Below are positions 46,327-57,249 of a stretch of 64,000 nucleotides of DNA, piece by piece. Each line of letters starts with the position of its first letter. Positions within the stretch are counted from its first letter, which is position 1. This DNA is from an uncultured Bacilli bacterium (GTDB lineage Bacteria; Bacillota_I; Bacilli_A; RF39; UBA660): contig CANRNO010000003.1 in the NCBI GenBank assembly GCA_947632065.1, positions 6,662 through 70,661 on the forward strand. The letters are read 5' to 3'. The notes below the pieces were generated by a model that ran no database searches, was not told the DNA's origin, and saw only the letters and a list, made by a program, of their open reading frames with translations. A program made the position numbers and the translations under genes.

Positions 46327-47655
46327 TTATTCTATTATATATGGATCTTCTAATGTTCCAGTTCCACCTATTATAGATATATCATATTTTAGATATACTA
46401 CTGGTCTTACTGTATTCTCTTCACTATCAGTTCTAGCAGAAGTTAAATTACCAGTATTTGAAATAGTAAATACGTTGTTTTCATTATTTTTTAATGAAGT
46501 AATTGTCCATTGATTTTCATTTTTATATAACCAACTAACACTTTCTTTTCCCTTTGTACAATCTTTTAAATTATCAAAACATGTAGTTTCTACACCTTTA
46601 GAAAAAGTATATCCAAAATCACTTGGGTATATAAGACCAACGCGTCCTATCCATGTTAATTCATTTTTATTTGTTTCTCTTTCACTATTATATATTTCTT
46701 CTGTTTGAGAAAGTTTTTCTTCTATGTTTCCTAAAAACCATTTTGCATCATCTATTTGTTCTTTAGCTTTATCATTTAATAAATCATACAATTCATTATT
46801 ATTTAAATTTTCTCTTAAAGTCGCTTCTTTCCAATTATTTTTATTATCATCACTCCATTTTTTTAATCCAACACTTTCATCTCTTATAATTTTTATTCTT
46901 TGTTCTATTGCACCAGTTTTATTTTCTGTTTCGAATACTCCAATTATTCTCCACATTTCTTCATTATATTTTATATAATTATTTGGATTTTTTCCTATAT
47001 ACCTATATTCTTTTTCTTCTCCATTATGAGTTATTTCTTGTATTTCATTTTCATTTTCTTGAGTTCTATCTATAACTGCTTTTTCTTTTAACATTTTAGC
47101 AGCATTTTTTTCTTCAACTATTGGTTCTGTTTTTAATAATTTATTTTGACCACTTACTAAACTAATTTCTTTATCAGGGAATCCTACATTAGCACCAAAT
47201 GTAATAGTTGCTTTCTTTTCTCCATTATTAGTGATTTGAACAGTAAATTCTACTGTGTCGTTTTCTGTTCCATTTTTAGTAAGTTCTATTCCATCTTCAA
47301 TTGGACATATATCAGAGTTTTCTGTACAACCGATTGAAATAGTATTAGAATCTGTCTTATAATACATTAAAAATTTAGCATCTATACTATTAACATTCGT
47401 TAAGTCTATTTTTAAAGTTTCTGTTTGGTTAGGATTTACTGTTATTTGTTTACTTTCATTAAGACTATTACTTTTTATTAGAGCATAAAGATTTCCTGTT
47501 ACTATATTAAGTGCTCCTTTCTTTTCAGCAGTTGCGGTAAATAGCGCATATGATGTTGTTGATATGCATATTAAAAGAATTAATAAAGACATACCTACTA
47601 TATAACTATTTCTTATATTTATTTCTCTATAAAGAAATTCTCTTAATTTCTTCAC
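46327..47655 (-). CDS. Secreted protein with a SipW-cognate (TasA/camelysin-type) signal region and a C-terminal domain of unknown function
   Basis: GTG at 47655 follows a GGGTGA RBS. The N-terminus ...LLICISTTSYALFTATAEKKGALNIVTGNLYA matches the A-[YL]-F-[ST]-x...G-x-L pattern of SipW-dependent signals. The C-terminus ends VRPVVYLK. Confidence 0.5.
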   Translation of the reverse strand: MKKLREFLYREINIRNSYIVGMSLLILLICISTTSYALFTATAEKKGALNIVTGNLYALIKSNSLNESKQITVNPNQTETLKIDLTNVNSIDAKFLMYYKTDSNTISIGCTENSDICPIEDGIELTKNGTENDTVEFTVQITNNGEKKATITFGANVGFPDKEISLVSGQNKLLKTEPIVEEKNAAKMLKEKAVIDRTQENENEIQEITHNGEEKEYRYIGKNPNNYIKYNEEMWRIIGVFETENKTGAIEQRIKIIRDESVGLKKWSDDNKNNWKEATLRENLNNNELYDLLNDKAKEQIDDAKWFLGNIEEKLSQTEEIYNSERETNKNELTWIGRVGLIYPSDFGYTFSKGVETTCFDNLKDCTKGKESVSWLYKNENQWTITSLKNNENNVFTISNTGNLTSARTDSEENTVRPVVYLKYDISIIGGTGTLEDPYIIE

Positions 47656-47778
47656 TTTAATCACCCTACCTATATATTTTAATTTTAGCAAAGTGAAAAG
47701 TATTTTTCAATAATTTTGGTATTTTTTTCCATAATAGTGTAAAATGTTGTAAGAAAAAAATTACTAATTAATAGTAAT

Positions 47779-48288
47779 TTAGTTTTCTAAATAATCTTCA
47801 CCTTTATGGGGTTCAGTTCTAAGTAAATCATTATAATCTTGTTGACGTAGAGCTTCATAAATAACTATAGCTGCAGCATTAGAAAGATTTAGAGCTCTAA
47901 CATTTTTTGTCATTGGTATTCTCATACAATGTTCTAAATCTTTTTTTAATATTTCTTTTGGTATACCAGTTGATTCTTTTCCAAAGATAAAATATAATTC
48001 TTTTTCTTCTTCGTTTTTGTAGTTAAAACTTGTATGAGGTTTTTTACCATATCTTGTGAAGTAATAGTAAATTCCTTCATTTTTATTTTTAAAATCTTCA
48101 AAATTTTCATAAGTATAATATTCTAATTTATCTATATAATTTACACCACTTCTTTTTAAATATTTATCATCAAGAGAAAAGCCTAATGGTTTGATAAGAT
48201 GAAGTTTTGTATTGGTCGCAACACAAGTTCTCATAATGTTGCCTGTATTACCTGGAATTTCTGGTTCGAATAATACTATATTATTCAT
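47779..48288 (-). CDS. trmL: tRNA (cytidine/uridine34-2'-O)-methyltransferase TrmL (SpoU family)
   Basis: NIVLFEPEIPGNTGNIMRTCVATNTKLHLIKPLGFSLDDKYLKRSG and the C-terminal SLNLSNAAAI-type motif. Confidence 0.9.
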   Translation of the reverse strand: MNNIVLFEPEIPGNTGNIMRTCVATNTKLHLIKPLGFSLDDKYLKRSGVNYIDKLEYYTYENFEDFKNKNEGIYYYFTRYGKKPHTSFNYKNEEEKELYFIFGKESTGIPKEILKKDLEHCMRIPMTKNVRALNLSNAAAIVIYEALRQQDYNDLLRTEPHKGEDYLEN

Positions 48289-48808
48289 TTTCTTCTCCTA
48301 CTTCATAATATTCAAAGAATGCTTCTGCTTTACTAATAGTAAGTGGTTTTTCACTACTTCCTTGTAAAATATCTACAACTTCAGTATCTCTTAAAATAAC
48401 AAATGCAGGATATGAAGTAGTCAACGCTTTTTTATACGGATATTTATTATTAAATTCATCTACAAATTGATTAGAATCTACATCACTTAAATTGACATAA
48501 GTAATATTATTTGATAATCCATCTTTTAGAACTACTTTTTTTAAGTCTTCTTCAAAGTTTCTACATACATCATCACTTGCAGTACACATATATAAAACAA
48601 CATAAGGATTTTCTGTAATATAGTGATCTACTTCTGTATATCCAATTTCAGGTAGTGTATTTCTTATAACTGGAGTTTGTTTTTCATATTCTTTATATGC
48701 TTCGTATTTTTCTGTTATAAATAGTAGTAGAAAAATGGTTCCTACAAAAAGGCACGCTAAAATAATGTAATTCTTTGTTGGTATAGATTTTTGTTTTTTC
48801 TTTATCAT
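48281..48808 (-). CDS. Membrane-anchored hypothetical protein, possibly with a thioredoxin-like fold
   Basis: N-terminal TM helix, no CxxC. 8-nt overlap with trmL. Confidence 0.35.
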   Translation of the reverse strand: MIKKKQKSIPTKNYIILACLFVGTIFLLLFITEKYEAYKEYEKQTPVIRNTLPEIGYTEVDHYITENPYVVLYMCTASDDVCRNFEEDLKKVVLKDGLSNNITYVNLSDVDSNQFVDEFNNKYPYKKALTTSYPAFVILRDTEVVDILQGSSEKPLTISKAEAFFEYYEVGEENE

Positions 48809-48896
48809 TTATAACCACTCCTTTATAATATTAGTTTACCACTATTTTTTAATATTTGCACACTAAAATTAATTCTTTGTGCCAAATATAGTAAAT

Positions 48897-51800
48897 TTAA
48901 AACAAAGATAACTGATTAGATTCTGGCATATCTTCAAAAATTCCCATTTCTTTCATCTTTTCAACTAATGTTTTGGAGATTTTTCCTCGTTTAGAAACAT
49001 CTTCAATACTTAAAAATGGTTTTTCTTCTCTTGCTTCTACTAATTGTTTAGCAACTGTTATACCTAATCCATCTATTGTTGAAAAAGGTGGTATTAGAGT
49101 GTTTTCTTGAGTTTCATCTATAACAAATTTTGTTGCTTCACTTTTTTCGAGACTGATGTTTGCGAATTTAAATCCTCTACAACTTGCTTCTAAGGCTATT
49201 TTTAAAGATTCAAGAATTCCTGTTTCTTTATTTGTTGCCTCATATCCTTTAGCAAGTATATCTTCTATTTTTTGTTTTATACTACTACGTCCTTTTATCA
49301 TGGTTTCTATATCGAAATCACTTATACGAACTGAGAAGTATGCTGCATAATAGTTTATTGGTTGATGTACTTTAAACCAGGCAATTCTTAAAGCACTCAT
49401 AACATATGCACAAGCATGAGCTTTAGGGAACATATATTTTATTTTATGACAAGATTCAATATACCATTCAGGAATATCAACTTTTCTCATAATTTCTGCA
49501 TATTCTTTCCATTGCTCTGGTTCCTTACTAGCTCTTCCTTTACGAACAAATTCCATTATTTTAAATGATGTTAGAGGTTCTACTCCCCAGTTTATTAAAG
49601 ATACCATAATATCATCACGACATCCTATAACTTTTTTGAAAGGTACTATGTTATTTTTTATTAATTCTGAAGCATTACCTGCCCAGACATCTGTACCATG
49701 AGAAAGTCCAGAAATTTTAACAAGTTCTGAGAATGTTTTTGGTTTGGTCTCTTCTAACATGTTAATTACAAACTTTGTTCCAAGTTCAGGAAGACCTAGT
49801 GTTCCAGTTGGACACATTATATCTTCTTCTGTTACTCCAAGAGATTTTGGAGAACATAAAAGTTCAAATACATCTTTATCATCAAGTGGAAGTGTTGTTA
49901 CATCTATTCCTGATAAATCTTCTAACATTCTGAGTACTGTAGGATCATCGTGTCCTAGTATATCTAGTTTTAAAACATCTTCATCGATAGCATGGTAATC
50001 AAAGTGTGTTGTTCTCCAAAGTGAGGTGTTATCATCTGCTGGGAATTGGAATGGTGTAAAATCAAATACATCCATATATCCTGGTATAACAACTATTCCT
50101 CCTGGATGTTGTCCTGTTGTTCTTTTTACTCCTGTACAACCTAGAGCAAGACGTTCTATTTCTGCAGTTCGTACTGCTTCTAATCCTTTTTCTTCTATAT
50201 ATCCTTTTACAAATCCAAAAGCAGTTTTTTCAGCAACTGTACCTATTGTTCCAGCACGATAAACATTATCTATTCCAAATAATTCTTTTGTATATTCGTG
50301 TGCTTTCCATTGGTAATCACCTGAGAAGTTAAGATCAATATCTGGAACTTTATCAGCGTTAAATCCTAGGAAAGTCGCAAATGGCATATCTTGTCCTTCT
50401 TTACTAAGTTTTTCTCCACATTTTGGACATATTTTATCATCTAAATCATATCCAGATGAATATTCAAGAGCATAAGCTTCTCCTTTTTCATTTTCAAATT
50501 CTGAATATTTACAATTTTTACATAAGTAATGAGCAGGAAGTGGATTTACTTCAGTAATACCCATCATAGTTGCGACAAATGATGAACCAACTGAACCACG
50601 AGATCCAACTATATAACCATCGTCATTAGATTTTTTAACTAATTTTTGAGCGATAAGATATATTACATCGAATCCTCCTCCAATTATTCCTGAAAGTTCA
50701 TTTTCTATTCTTTCTTCAATATTTTTTGGAAGTGGATCTCCATACATTGAGTGAGCTTTATCATAAACTAGATTTTTTACTTCTTCCTCTGAATTTTCAA
50801 TTTTTGGAGAAAATGGTACTCCTCCTGTATCTATTATTACTTCTATTTGTTCTACTGTACTTGCGATTTTATTTGGATTTTTAACTACTATTTCATAAGC
50901 TAAATCTTCTCCTAAAAATTCAAAATTTTCTAACATTTCGTTTGTAGTTCTAAAGTGATTTGATGGAATTTCTGTTATGTTTTTACGGGCAAGAGGATGT
51001 CTTCCTCCACCTGGTACTTTTTGATTTACTATAATTTCTCTAAATATTTTATCTTCTTTTCTAATATGGTGAACGTCTCCTGTTGCGACAATTATTTTAC
51101 CAGCTTCTTGAGTTACTCTAATAATCTTTTTTAGATGTTCTCTAAGTTCTAATTCATTGGCAAAATCTCCTGTTTGAATTAAATGAGTATAACAGTCCAT
51201 TGGTTGTACTTCTACATAATCGTAAAATCTTATAATGTTTGTTAATTCTTCTTCTGTTTTACTTTTAGCCATATTAAAGACTTCACTTTCATAGCAACCA
51301 CTACCAATTAAAAGTCCTTCTCTATATTTTTCAATTTCACTTCTTAGAATTCTTGGAGTTTTATATAAATATGTTGTATTAGCAAATGATACTAATTTAA
51401 ATAGATTTTTTAATCCTTTTTTATTTTGTACTAAAATATTTACATGATGCATACTACCATATTTATGTATTTCATCTTTTGATACTAAGTTTAGTAATTC
51501 ATCCATTTTTTCTATATTTTGATTAGATAATTTTTTTAGCATTTTATGAAATACTAAAGCAGTACCTTCAGCATCGTAATCTCCTCTATGATGGTGCTCC
51601 TCATCCCATGGAACATCATATCTTTTAACGAGTGCTGATAAGGAATGTCTTGCATAGTTAGTATCTAGAGTTCTTGAAAGTTCTAGAGTGTCTATTACTG
51701 GATTTTTTATTTCTCCTAAATTATATTTTTTATAAGCCATCTCTAAGAAAGACATATCAAATTTAGCATTATGGGCAACTAGTGGATAATCTTGTATAAA

Positions 51801-53273
51801 TTCTTTAAATCTTTTTACAGCATTCTCTTCATTATCTTTATCTTCTAGCATTTCATCTGTAATACTTGTTACATCTATAATTTTTTTTGGAAGAGGACGT
51901 CCTGGATTAATAAGTTCATCATATCTTTCTTTTATTTCTCCATTTTGTAGCTTTACTGCACCTATTTCAATTATGGAATCAGCACCACCAGCATTAAATC
52001 CTGTTGTTTCTAAATCGAATACAATATATGTCTGTTCTAACATAACTTTTGTAGTTGGACGTAATACAACATCTACATTATCATCTATCATAGATAGTTC
52101 AGTACCATAAATTACTGTGAAAGGTTCTTTTCCTTCTTTTAGGTTTTTATTATATCCTTTTACATAGTTATAAACATGTGGAAAAGATTGTACTCCATTA
52201 TGATCAGTTATTGCGATTGCCTTATGTCCCCAATTGATTGCTTGCTTTACGAGTGCTACTTCATCTGCTACTCCATCCATTTGACTCATTTTGGTATGAG
52301 TATGTAATTCTACTCTTTTAGTTTCTGCAGTATCTTGTATTTTTTCTTCTTTATTCTCTATTTGTTCAACACTTCTAATATTTAAAACTAACTCTCTTGC
52401 AAAAGTATCATTTTTAGAATAACCACTAAATTTATACCATTTACCTTTAATTAATTCTTTTTTTAATCTGTTATATTCTTCTTCATCTTTTATAAATAAT
52501 TTACAATAAATACTATCAGTATAATCTGTAACTTTTAATGTTATTATTATTAAATCTGATTTGGTTTTAAATTCTTCTATTGCAAATATAGATCCTTCTA
52601 TAATAACATTATTATCTTCACTTAATATTGTTTTTATGGGAATTGGATTACCTTTTATTTTACGACCTAAAACAGTATTAGGATCTTTTACATTTTTTCT
52701 ATTATATGTTTTATTTGAACTCTTTGGAGTTTCTTCTTGTTTTTGAACTTCTATTTCTCCGAATTCATATTTAGCTTTTTCTATTTCTTCTTGAATAGAT
52801 TTTTCTTCTTTTAATTCTATATCAATTTCTTTATTATAACCAAATGTTTTGTAAAAGTTTTCTATATCTTCTTTTACTTTTAAAAGTTTATTTTCTTCTC
52901 TTTTATTATTCACAACTAAAACTAGGGAATCATTTTCTATTTGTAAAGCTTCTTCGTACAAAGTAATTATTTTTAATTTGTCTTTTAATTTATTTAATAT
53001 GATATCAAAATATTCTTTTAAGATATTTAAATCTATGTTTTCTATATCGTAATTAATATATATATCTTTAATATTTTGATCAATATTATGTTTATTTTCT
53101 TCTAATTCTTCTATTATTTCTTTTGGAAATAAATTTTCATTTTTAATAATAATTTTCCAAGTATTATTTTTACTATTTATAATTATTTTTTCGATAGTAG
53201 AATCCAAAAATGAAGAGTATAACTCTTCTTTTAATTTCATTTTATCTAATAATAATTTCATTTTGTCATTCAT
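48897..53273 (-). CDS. polC: DNA polymerase III alpha subunit, PolC type
   Basis: 1458 aa. PHP domain (VELHTHTKMSQMDG), an inserted DEDDh exonuclease (FDLETTG...HRGDYDAEG), a Zn-finger CKNC...CPKCG, and the polymerase core. Confidence 0.97.
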   Translation of the reverse strand: MNDKMKLLLDKMKLKEELYSSFLDSTIEKIIINSKNNTWKIIIKNENLFPKEIIEELEENKHNIDQNIKDIYINYDIENIDLNILKEYFDIILNKLKDKLKIITLYEEALQIENDSLVLVVNNKREENKLLKVKEDIENFYKTFGYNKEIDIELKEEKSIQEEIEKAKYEFGEIEVQKQEETPKSSNKTYNRKNVKDPNTVLGRKIKGNPIPIKTILSEDNNVIIEGSIFAIEEFKTKSDLIIITLKVTDYTDSIYCKLFIKDEEEYNRLKKELIKGKWYKFSGYSKNDTFARELVLNIRSVEQIENKEEKIQDTAETKRVELHTHTKMSQMDGVADEVALVKQAINWGHKAIAITDHNGVQSFPHVYNYVKGYNKNLKEGKEPFTVIYGTELSMIDDNVDVVLRPTTKVMLEQTYIVFDLETTGFNAGGADSIIEIGAVKLQNGEIKERYDELINPGRPLPKKIIDVTSITDEMLEDKDNEENAVKRFKEFIQDYPLVAHNAKFDMSFLEMAYKKYNLGEIKNPVIDTLELSRTLDTNYARHSLSALVKRYDVPWDEEHHHRGDYDAEGTALVFHKMLKKLSNQNIEKMDELLNLVSKDEIHKYGSMHHVNILVQNKKGLKNLFKLVSFANTTYLYKTPRILRSEIEKYREGLLIGSGCYESEVFNMAKSKTEEELTNIIRFYDYVEVQPMDCYTHLIQTGDFANELELREHLKKIIRVTQEAGKIIVATGDVHHIRKEDKIFREIIVNQKVPGGGRHPLARKNITEIPSNHFRTTNEMLENFEFLGEDLAYEIVVKNPNKIASTVEQIEVIIDTGGVPFSPKIENSEEEVKNLVYDKAHSMYGDPLPKNIEERIENELSGIIGGGFDVIYLIAQKLVKKSNDDGYIVGSRGSVGSSFVATMMGITEVNPLPAHYLCKNCKYSEFENEKGEAYALEYSSGYDLDDKICPKCGEKLSKEGQDMPFATFLGFNADKVPDIDLNFSGDYQWKAHEYTKELFGIDNVYRAGTIGTVAEKTAFGFVKGYIEEKGLEAVRTAEIERLALGCTGVKRTTGQHPGGIVVIPGYMDVFDFTPFQFPADDNTSLWRTTHFDYHAIDEDVLKLDILGHDDPTVLRMLEDLSGIDVTTLPLDDKDVFELLCSPKSLGVTEEDIMCPTGTLGLPELGTKFVINMLEETKPKTFSELVKISGLSHGTDVWAGNASELIKNNIVPFKKVIGCRDDIMVSLINWGVEPLTSFKIMEFVRKGRASKEPEQWKEYAEIMRKVDIPEWYIESCHKIKYMFPKAHACAYVMSALRIAWFKVHQPINYYAAYFSVRISDFDIETMIKGRSSIKQKIEDILAKGYEATNKETGILESLKIALEASCRGFKFANISLEKSEATKFVIDETQENTLIPPFSTIDGLGITVAKQLVEAREEKPFLSIEDVSKRGKISKTLVEKMKEMGIFEDMPESNQLSLF

Positions 53274-53313
53274 GCCTACTACCTCCTGATGAGAAAAGTC
53301 TCTTTTTGAGACT

Positions 53314-54156
53314 TTAAATAATTTCTAATTCATTAATTTTTAAAATGTGTTTTTGGTTTTTAATACAAAAATCTATAAATGTAAATAAATCTACTTTTCT
53401 AAGTTGTCTTTCGTAAGTATATTTAGAAACATCAAAAACTATTTTATCTCTTTTCATATATTTTACTAAATCTTCTTTTTTAACACCTAAATACATTAAC
53501 CAATATGGATATATTTGTGTTTTTAAAAATTTTAGTGATTCATCACCTGATAAATATTTGCTTTTTCCACTCATACGAGTTGCGAATTCATTTAATACTA
53601 CTAATTCTACTATTGCTTTTACAATATCTTGATATTCTTTTTTAAAGTTTTCAAGTTCCTTTTTAACAATATCAAAAACTATATGAATTAAATTTTCAAG
53701 TTCAAATCTGTGTTTTACTCCCCAAACCATAATATTAGATTTTGAACCTTGTATTTTCTCTATTGTTGATGATTTTAATTTTGGAGAAATAACTAATACT
53801 TGATATTCGTCAAATTCTATACGCATTATATCTTTTAATTCTTTTATAGTTTGTTTTTTATATTTATCCCACATCTTTACTAGATAAACTCTATATTTTT
53901 CTGTTTCTTTTTTTAATTCTTTATATCCACTATACTCTTTCATTAAATTATAAATAGTATCATCACGTGGAATAAAGTTTTTAGGATCTTTTAATATCTT
54001 TTTATATTCTTTATAAGTTATATTATATTCTTTCTTATAATTTTGCCATAATTTATTTTTATATCTATGAATGTTTTCTGAAATTGATGCTTGAAATAAT
54101 AAGTTCCAAATTAGTACATAATCATTAACCATAAATTTCAAATTCATTTTCACCAC
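53314..54156 (-). CDS. Hypothetical protein
   Basis: A long ORF upstream of polC with no motif I recognise. The start is uncertain: GTG at 54156 or ATG at 54147. Confidence 0.5.
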   Translation of the reverse strand: MVKMNLKFMVNDYVLIWNLLFQASISENIHRYKNKLWQNYKKEYNITYKEYKKILKDPKNFIPRDDTIYNLMKEYSGYKELKKETEKYRVYLVKMWDKYKKQTIKELKDIMRIEFDEYQVLVISPKLKSSTIEKIQGSKSNIMVWGVKHRFELENLIHIVFDIVKKELENFKKEYQDIVKAIVELVVLNEFATRMSGKSKYLSGDESLKFLKTQIYPYWLMYLGVKKEDLVKYMKRDKIVFDVSKYTYERQLRKVDLFTFIDFCIKNQKHILKINELEII

Positions 54157-54271
54157 ATCCTGACTTTTTCTTTCCTATATCTAATATATCACAAGTGTAA
54201 AATTTTGAAAAGTTATGATTAGTATTTTTAAGTAATTTTTTATACAATTTAAAAGGCAACAAATTTGTTGC

Positions 54272-55141
54272 CTAAAATGTTTTAATTAAGAAATAAATTG
54301 CGGTAATTATTCCTATAACGAGTGCTAGAAGAAGAGATACTTTTAGGAAAGTCATTAATTTAGAAGGTCCTTCTTCTTTATCTGAAAAATTAAAATCTTT
54401 ATCTGATAGGTCCATAGATCTAGTATAAAATGATTGATCCATATCCTTTAAAATATCTGATTCTGTTTTTTCTTTTGGTTTTAGAATTTCTGCAGTTTTC
54501 ATTGCTTCTTTATCTAAAATATCTTTACTTATATTTAATTTTTCATCACTTTCTGGACTTGGAACTTGATCTTCTAGGTTACTAGTCATAAGTTCACTTA
54601 ATAAATCTACACTAGTTGCATGATCTATTTCTCCTTTTAGTGTTTTAGAAGTGATTGTGTCTATTAAATCTCTTAATTCTTCTTCATCTGGGGATGTTGA
54701 ATTTTCTTTTTCTTTTCTATATTTTTCTAATTCTTCTGGATTAAGACTAGCAAGTATATTATAATTTGTATTTTTTAATTTTCTTTTTTTATCTAATTCA
54801 TCATAATCTACTCTTGCTTCTCTTGCTTCTTTTAGGATTTTATTAATATCATATACTCTATTTTCATGATCTTGATATAAATAATTAAAATCATCTAATT
54901 CTTTTTTTACTTTTGGAGGTGGTGCGAATTCATTATAGTCTTTATAATGGCGATACCCTTCTCTTGTTTGGTAATTTCTTTTGGCTTCATTTAAGTCGAT
55001 AGCATCTACTTTACTTATATCTGTAAAGTTAGTATATTTTGTATTTTTACCAATATTATTATATAACTCTTTATTACGTCTAGAACGTGTTGATGATACT
55101 CTAGAAGTGTTTTGACCATATCTATCCATACGACTTGCCAT
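54272..55141 (-). CDS. Hypothetical tail-anchored protein with an Arg/Ser-rich N-terminus
   Basis: GGAGG RBS. MASRMDRYGQNTSRVSSTRSRRNKE start and a single C-terminal TM helix. Confidence 0.55.
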   Translation of the reverse strand: MASRMDRYGQNTSRVSSTRSRRNKELYNNIGKNTKYTNFTDISKVDAIDLNEAKRNYQTREGYRHYKDYNEFAPPPKVKKELDDFNYLYQDHENRVYDINKILKEAREARVDYDELDKKRKLKNTNYNILASLNPEELEKYRKEKENSTSPDEEELRDLIDTITSKTLKGEIDHATSVDLLSELMTSNLEDQVPSPESDEKLNISKDILDKEAMKTAEILKPKEKTESDILKDMDQSFYTRSMDLSDKDFNFSDKEEGPSKLMTFLKVSLLLALVIGIITAIYFLIKTF

Positions 55142-55263
55142 AATACTACCTCCAATCTTAATATAATTTTAACATATATAAATAAAAAACAAAAGAAAGT
55201 AATTTACTCTTTACGTAAATAAGTTTTTAGTTTATACTAATTAATGTAAAGGAGAAGTAAAAT

Positions 55264-55452
55264 ATGAAAGTTAAAGTTAATGATGATGCTTGCATTGGGT
55301 GTGGTGCTTGTGTTGCGATAGCTCCTGAAGTATTTGAAATAAATGATGATGGTCTATCACAAGCAATCAAAGAAAATGTAAGTGAAGAAGATTCTGATAA
55401 AGCTCGTGAGGCAATTGAAAGTTGCCCTACTGGTGCGATTGAAGGAAAATAA
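55264..55452 (+). CDS. Small ferredoxin (single Fe-S cluster type)
   Basis: AAGGAGAAG RBS. 62 aa with CIGCGAC...CP cluster ligands. Confidence 0.85.
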   Translation: MKVKVNDDACIGCGACVAIAPEVFEINDDGLSQAIKENVSEEDSDKAREAIESCPTGAIEGK

Positions 55453-55485
55453 GTTCTATTTTGAACTATAAAAAAAATCAAGGTT

Positions 55486-57246
55486 TTATTTCCTTGATTT
55501 TTTTTCTATTTCTTCTTCTAAAATTTTTAAGAATTCTTCTTTGGATACTGTAGTTGTATCTTTTTTACTATATAGGCGATAACTTACTTTATTATCGTTT
55601 TTCTCATTATCTCCTAAAATTAGAGTATAAGGAATTTTTGCAGTTTGTGACTCTCTTAGACGATATCCTAGTTTTTCATTTCTATCATCTAATTTTACTC
55701 TTATTCCATTTTCTTTTAAATATTCATATACTTCTTCTGCATAATCTTTTTGATGTTCACTTGATACTGGCATTACTACAACTTGAGTTGGTGCTAGCCA
55801 AAGTGGTAAGGCTCCTTTAGTCTCTTCTAAGTAATAAGCGATAAATCTATCTAGACTTCCGAATACTGCACGATGAAGTACTACTGGTGTTTTTCTTTCT
55901 CCATTTTTATCTATATAAGCTAAGTCAAATTTCATAGGTAGGCAGAAATCTAATTGACAAGTTGATAGGCTGTATTCATTACCTACTGCAGGTTTAACTT
56001 GAACATCAAGTTTTGGACCATAAAAAGCAGCTTCTCCTATTTTTTCTGTATAATCTATACCTATTTTATCTAAAACTTTTCTTAATTTATCTTCTGCATC
56101 ATCCCACATTTTGTCATCATCGTAATATTTTACTTTATCTTCTTTATCTCTTAGAGATAATTCAAAACGAAAATCAGTAATATTTAATTCTTTATATACG
56201 TCTAGGATTAATTCTACTACTTTTGAGAATTCACTTTCTATTTGTTCTGGTGTTACAAATAGATGAGCATCGTTTTGACAAAATGATCTTGTTCTTTCAA
56301 TTCCTTTTAGGGCACCACTTGCTTCAAAGCGACAATCACGTGCTATTTCTCCAATTCTAATTGGTAGGTCTTTATACGAATGTATTCCATTTGCATATAT
56401 CATCATATGATGTGGACAATTCATTGGACGAAGTACAAACTCTTCTCCTTCTACTTCCATTTTAGGGAACATATTTTCTTTATAATGATCCCAATGTCCA
56501 CTTGTTTTATAAAGTTCTACATTACCAAGAGGTGGTGTTAGAACATGAAGATATCCCATTTTTCTTTCTTTTTCTTTGATATAGTTTTCTAATTGTTCCC
56601 AAATGATATATCCATTAGGTAAATACATTGGAAGTCCTTTTCCTACTAGGTCATTAGTTAAGAATATTCCTAAATCTTTTCCTAGTTTTCTATGATCTCT
56701 TAATTTAGCTTCTTCTAATTCTTTTAGATGATTTTGTAAGTCTTCTTCTGTTTCAAAACAAATACCATAAATTCTTTGTAAGACTTTATTATTAGAATCT
56801 CCTTTCCAGTATGCTCCTGATATTTTTAATAGTTTAAAATATTTTAGAAGTTTTACGGTCTCAACATGAGGTCCACGACAAAGATCTGTAAAATCTCCTT
56901 GAGTATAACAAGAAATTACTTCTTCATCTTCATTCATTCTTTCTATTAAATCTATTTTATAAGGATCATCTTTAAATCTTTCTAAAGCTTCTTTTTTAGA
57001 AATTTCTTCTCTTACTATTCTTTTACCATCTTTAGCAATCTTTTTCATTTCACGTTCTATTTTAGGTAAATCTTCTTCTGTTAGAGTTACATCTCCTAGG
57101 TCAATATCATAATAGAATCCTTCTTCTATTACGGGTCCAACCCAAAACTTTGCATCTTTATATAAATGCTTTACTGCTTGTGCAAGTAAATGTGCACATG
57201 AGTGATTTAATACACTTAATTTTTCATCTTCTTTAATATTTATCAT
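55486..57246 (-). CDS. thrS: Threonyl-tRNA synthetase lacking the N-terminal TGS domain
   Basis: ATG at 57246. It begins directly with the editing-domain motif NHSCAHLLAQAV, followed by the class II core (FRPMNCPHH-like LRPMNCPHH) and the anticodon-binding domain. Confidence 0.95.
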   Translation of the reverse strand: MINIKEDEKLSVLNHSCAHLLAQAVKHLYKDAKFWVGPVIEEGFYYDIDLGDVTLTEEDLPKIEREMKKIAKDGKRIVREEISKKEALERFKDDPYKIDLIERMNEDEEVISCYTQGDFTDLCRGPHVETVKLLKYFKLLKISGAYWKGDSNNKVLQRIYGICFETEEDLQNHLKELEEAKLRDHRKLGKDLGIFLTNDLVGKGLPMYLPNGYIIWEQLENYIKEKERKMGYLHVLTPPLGNVELYKTSGHWDHYKENMFPKMEVEGEEFVLRPMNCPHHMMIYANGIHSYKDLPIRIGEIARDCRFEASGALKGIERTRSFCQNDAHLFVTPEQIESEFSKVVELILDVYKELNITDFRFELSLRDKEDKVKYYDDDKMWDDAEDKLRKVLDKIGIDYTEKIGEAAFYGPKLDVQVKPAVGNEYSLSTCQLDFCLPMKFDLAYIDKNGERKTPVVLHRAVFGSLDRFIAYYLEETKGALPLWLAPTQVVVMPVSSEHQKDYAEEVYEYLKENGIRVKLDDRNEKLGYRLRESQTAKIPYTLILGDNEKNDNKVSYRLYSKKDTTTVSKEEFLKILEEEIEKKSRK

Positions 57247-57249
57247 TTT

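Noticed and set aside
55227-55481. An 84-aa minus-strand ORF overlapping the ferredoxin gene
   Set aside because: The plus-strand 62-aa ORF has a strong RBS and a textbook CxxCxxC...CP ferredoxin sequence. The minus-strand ORF is its antisense shadow.
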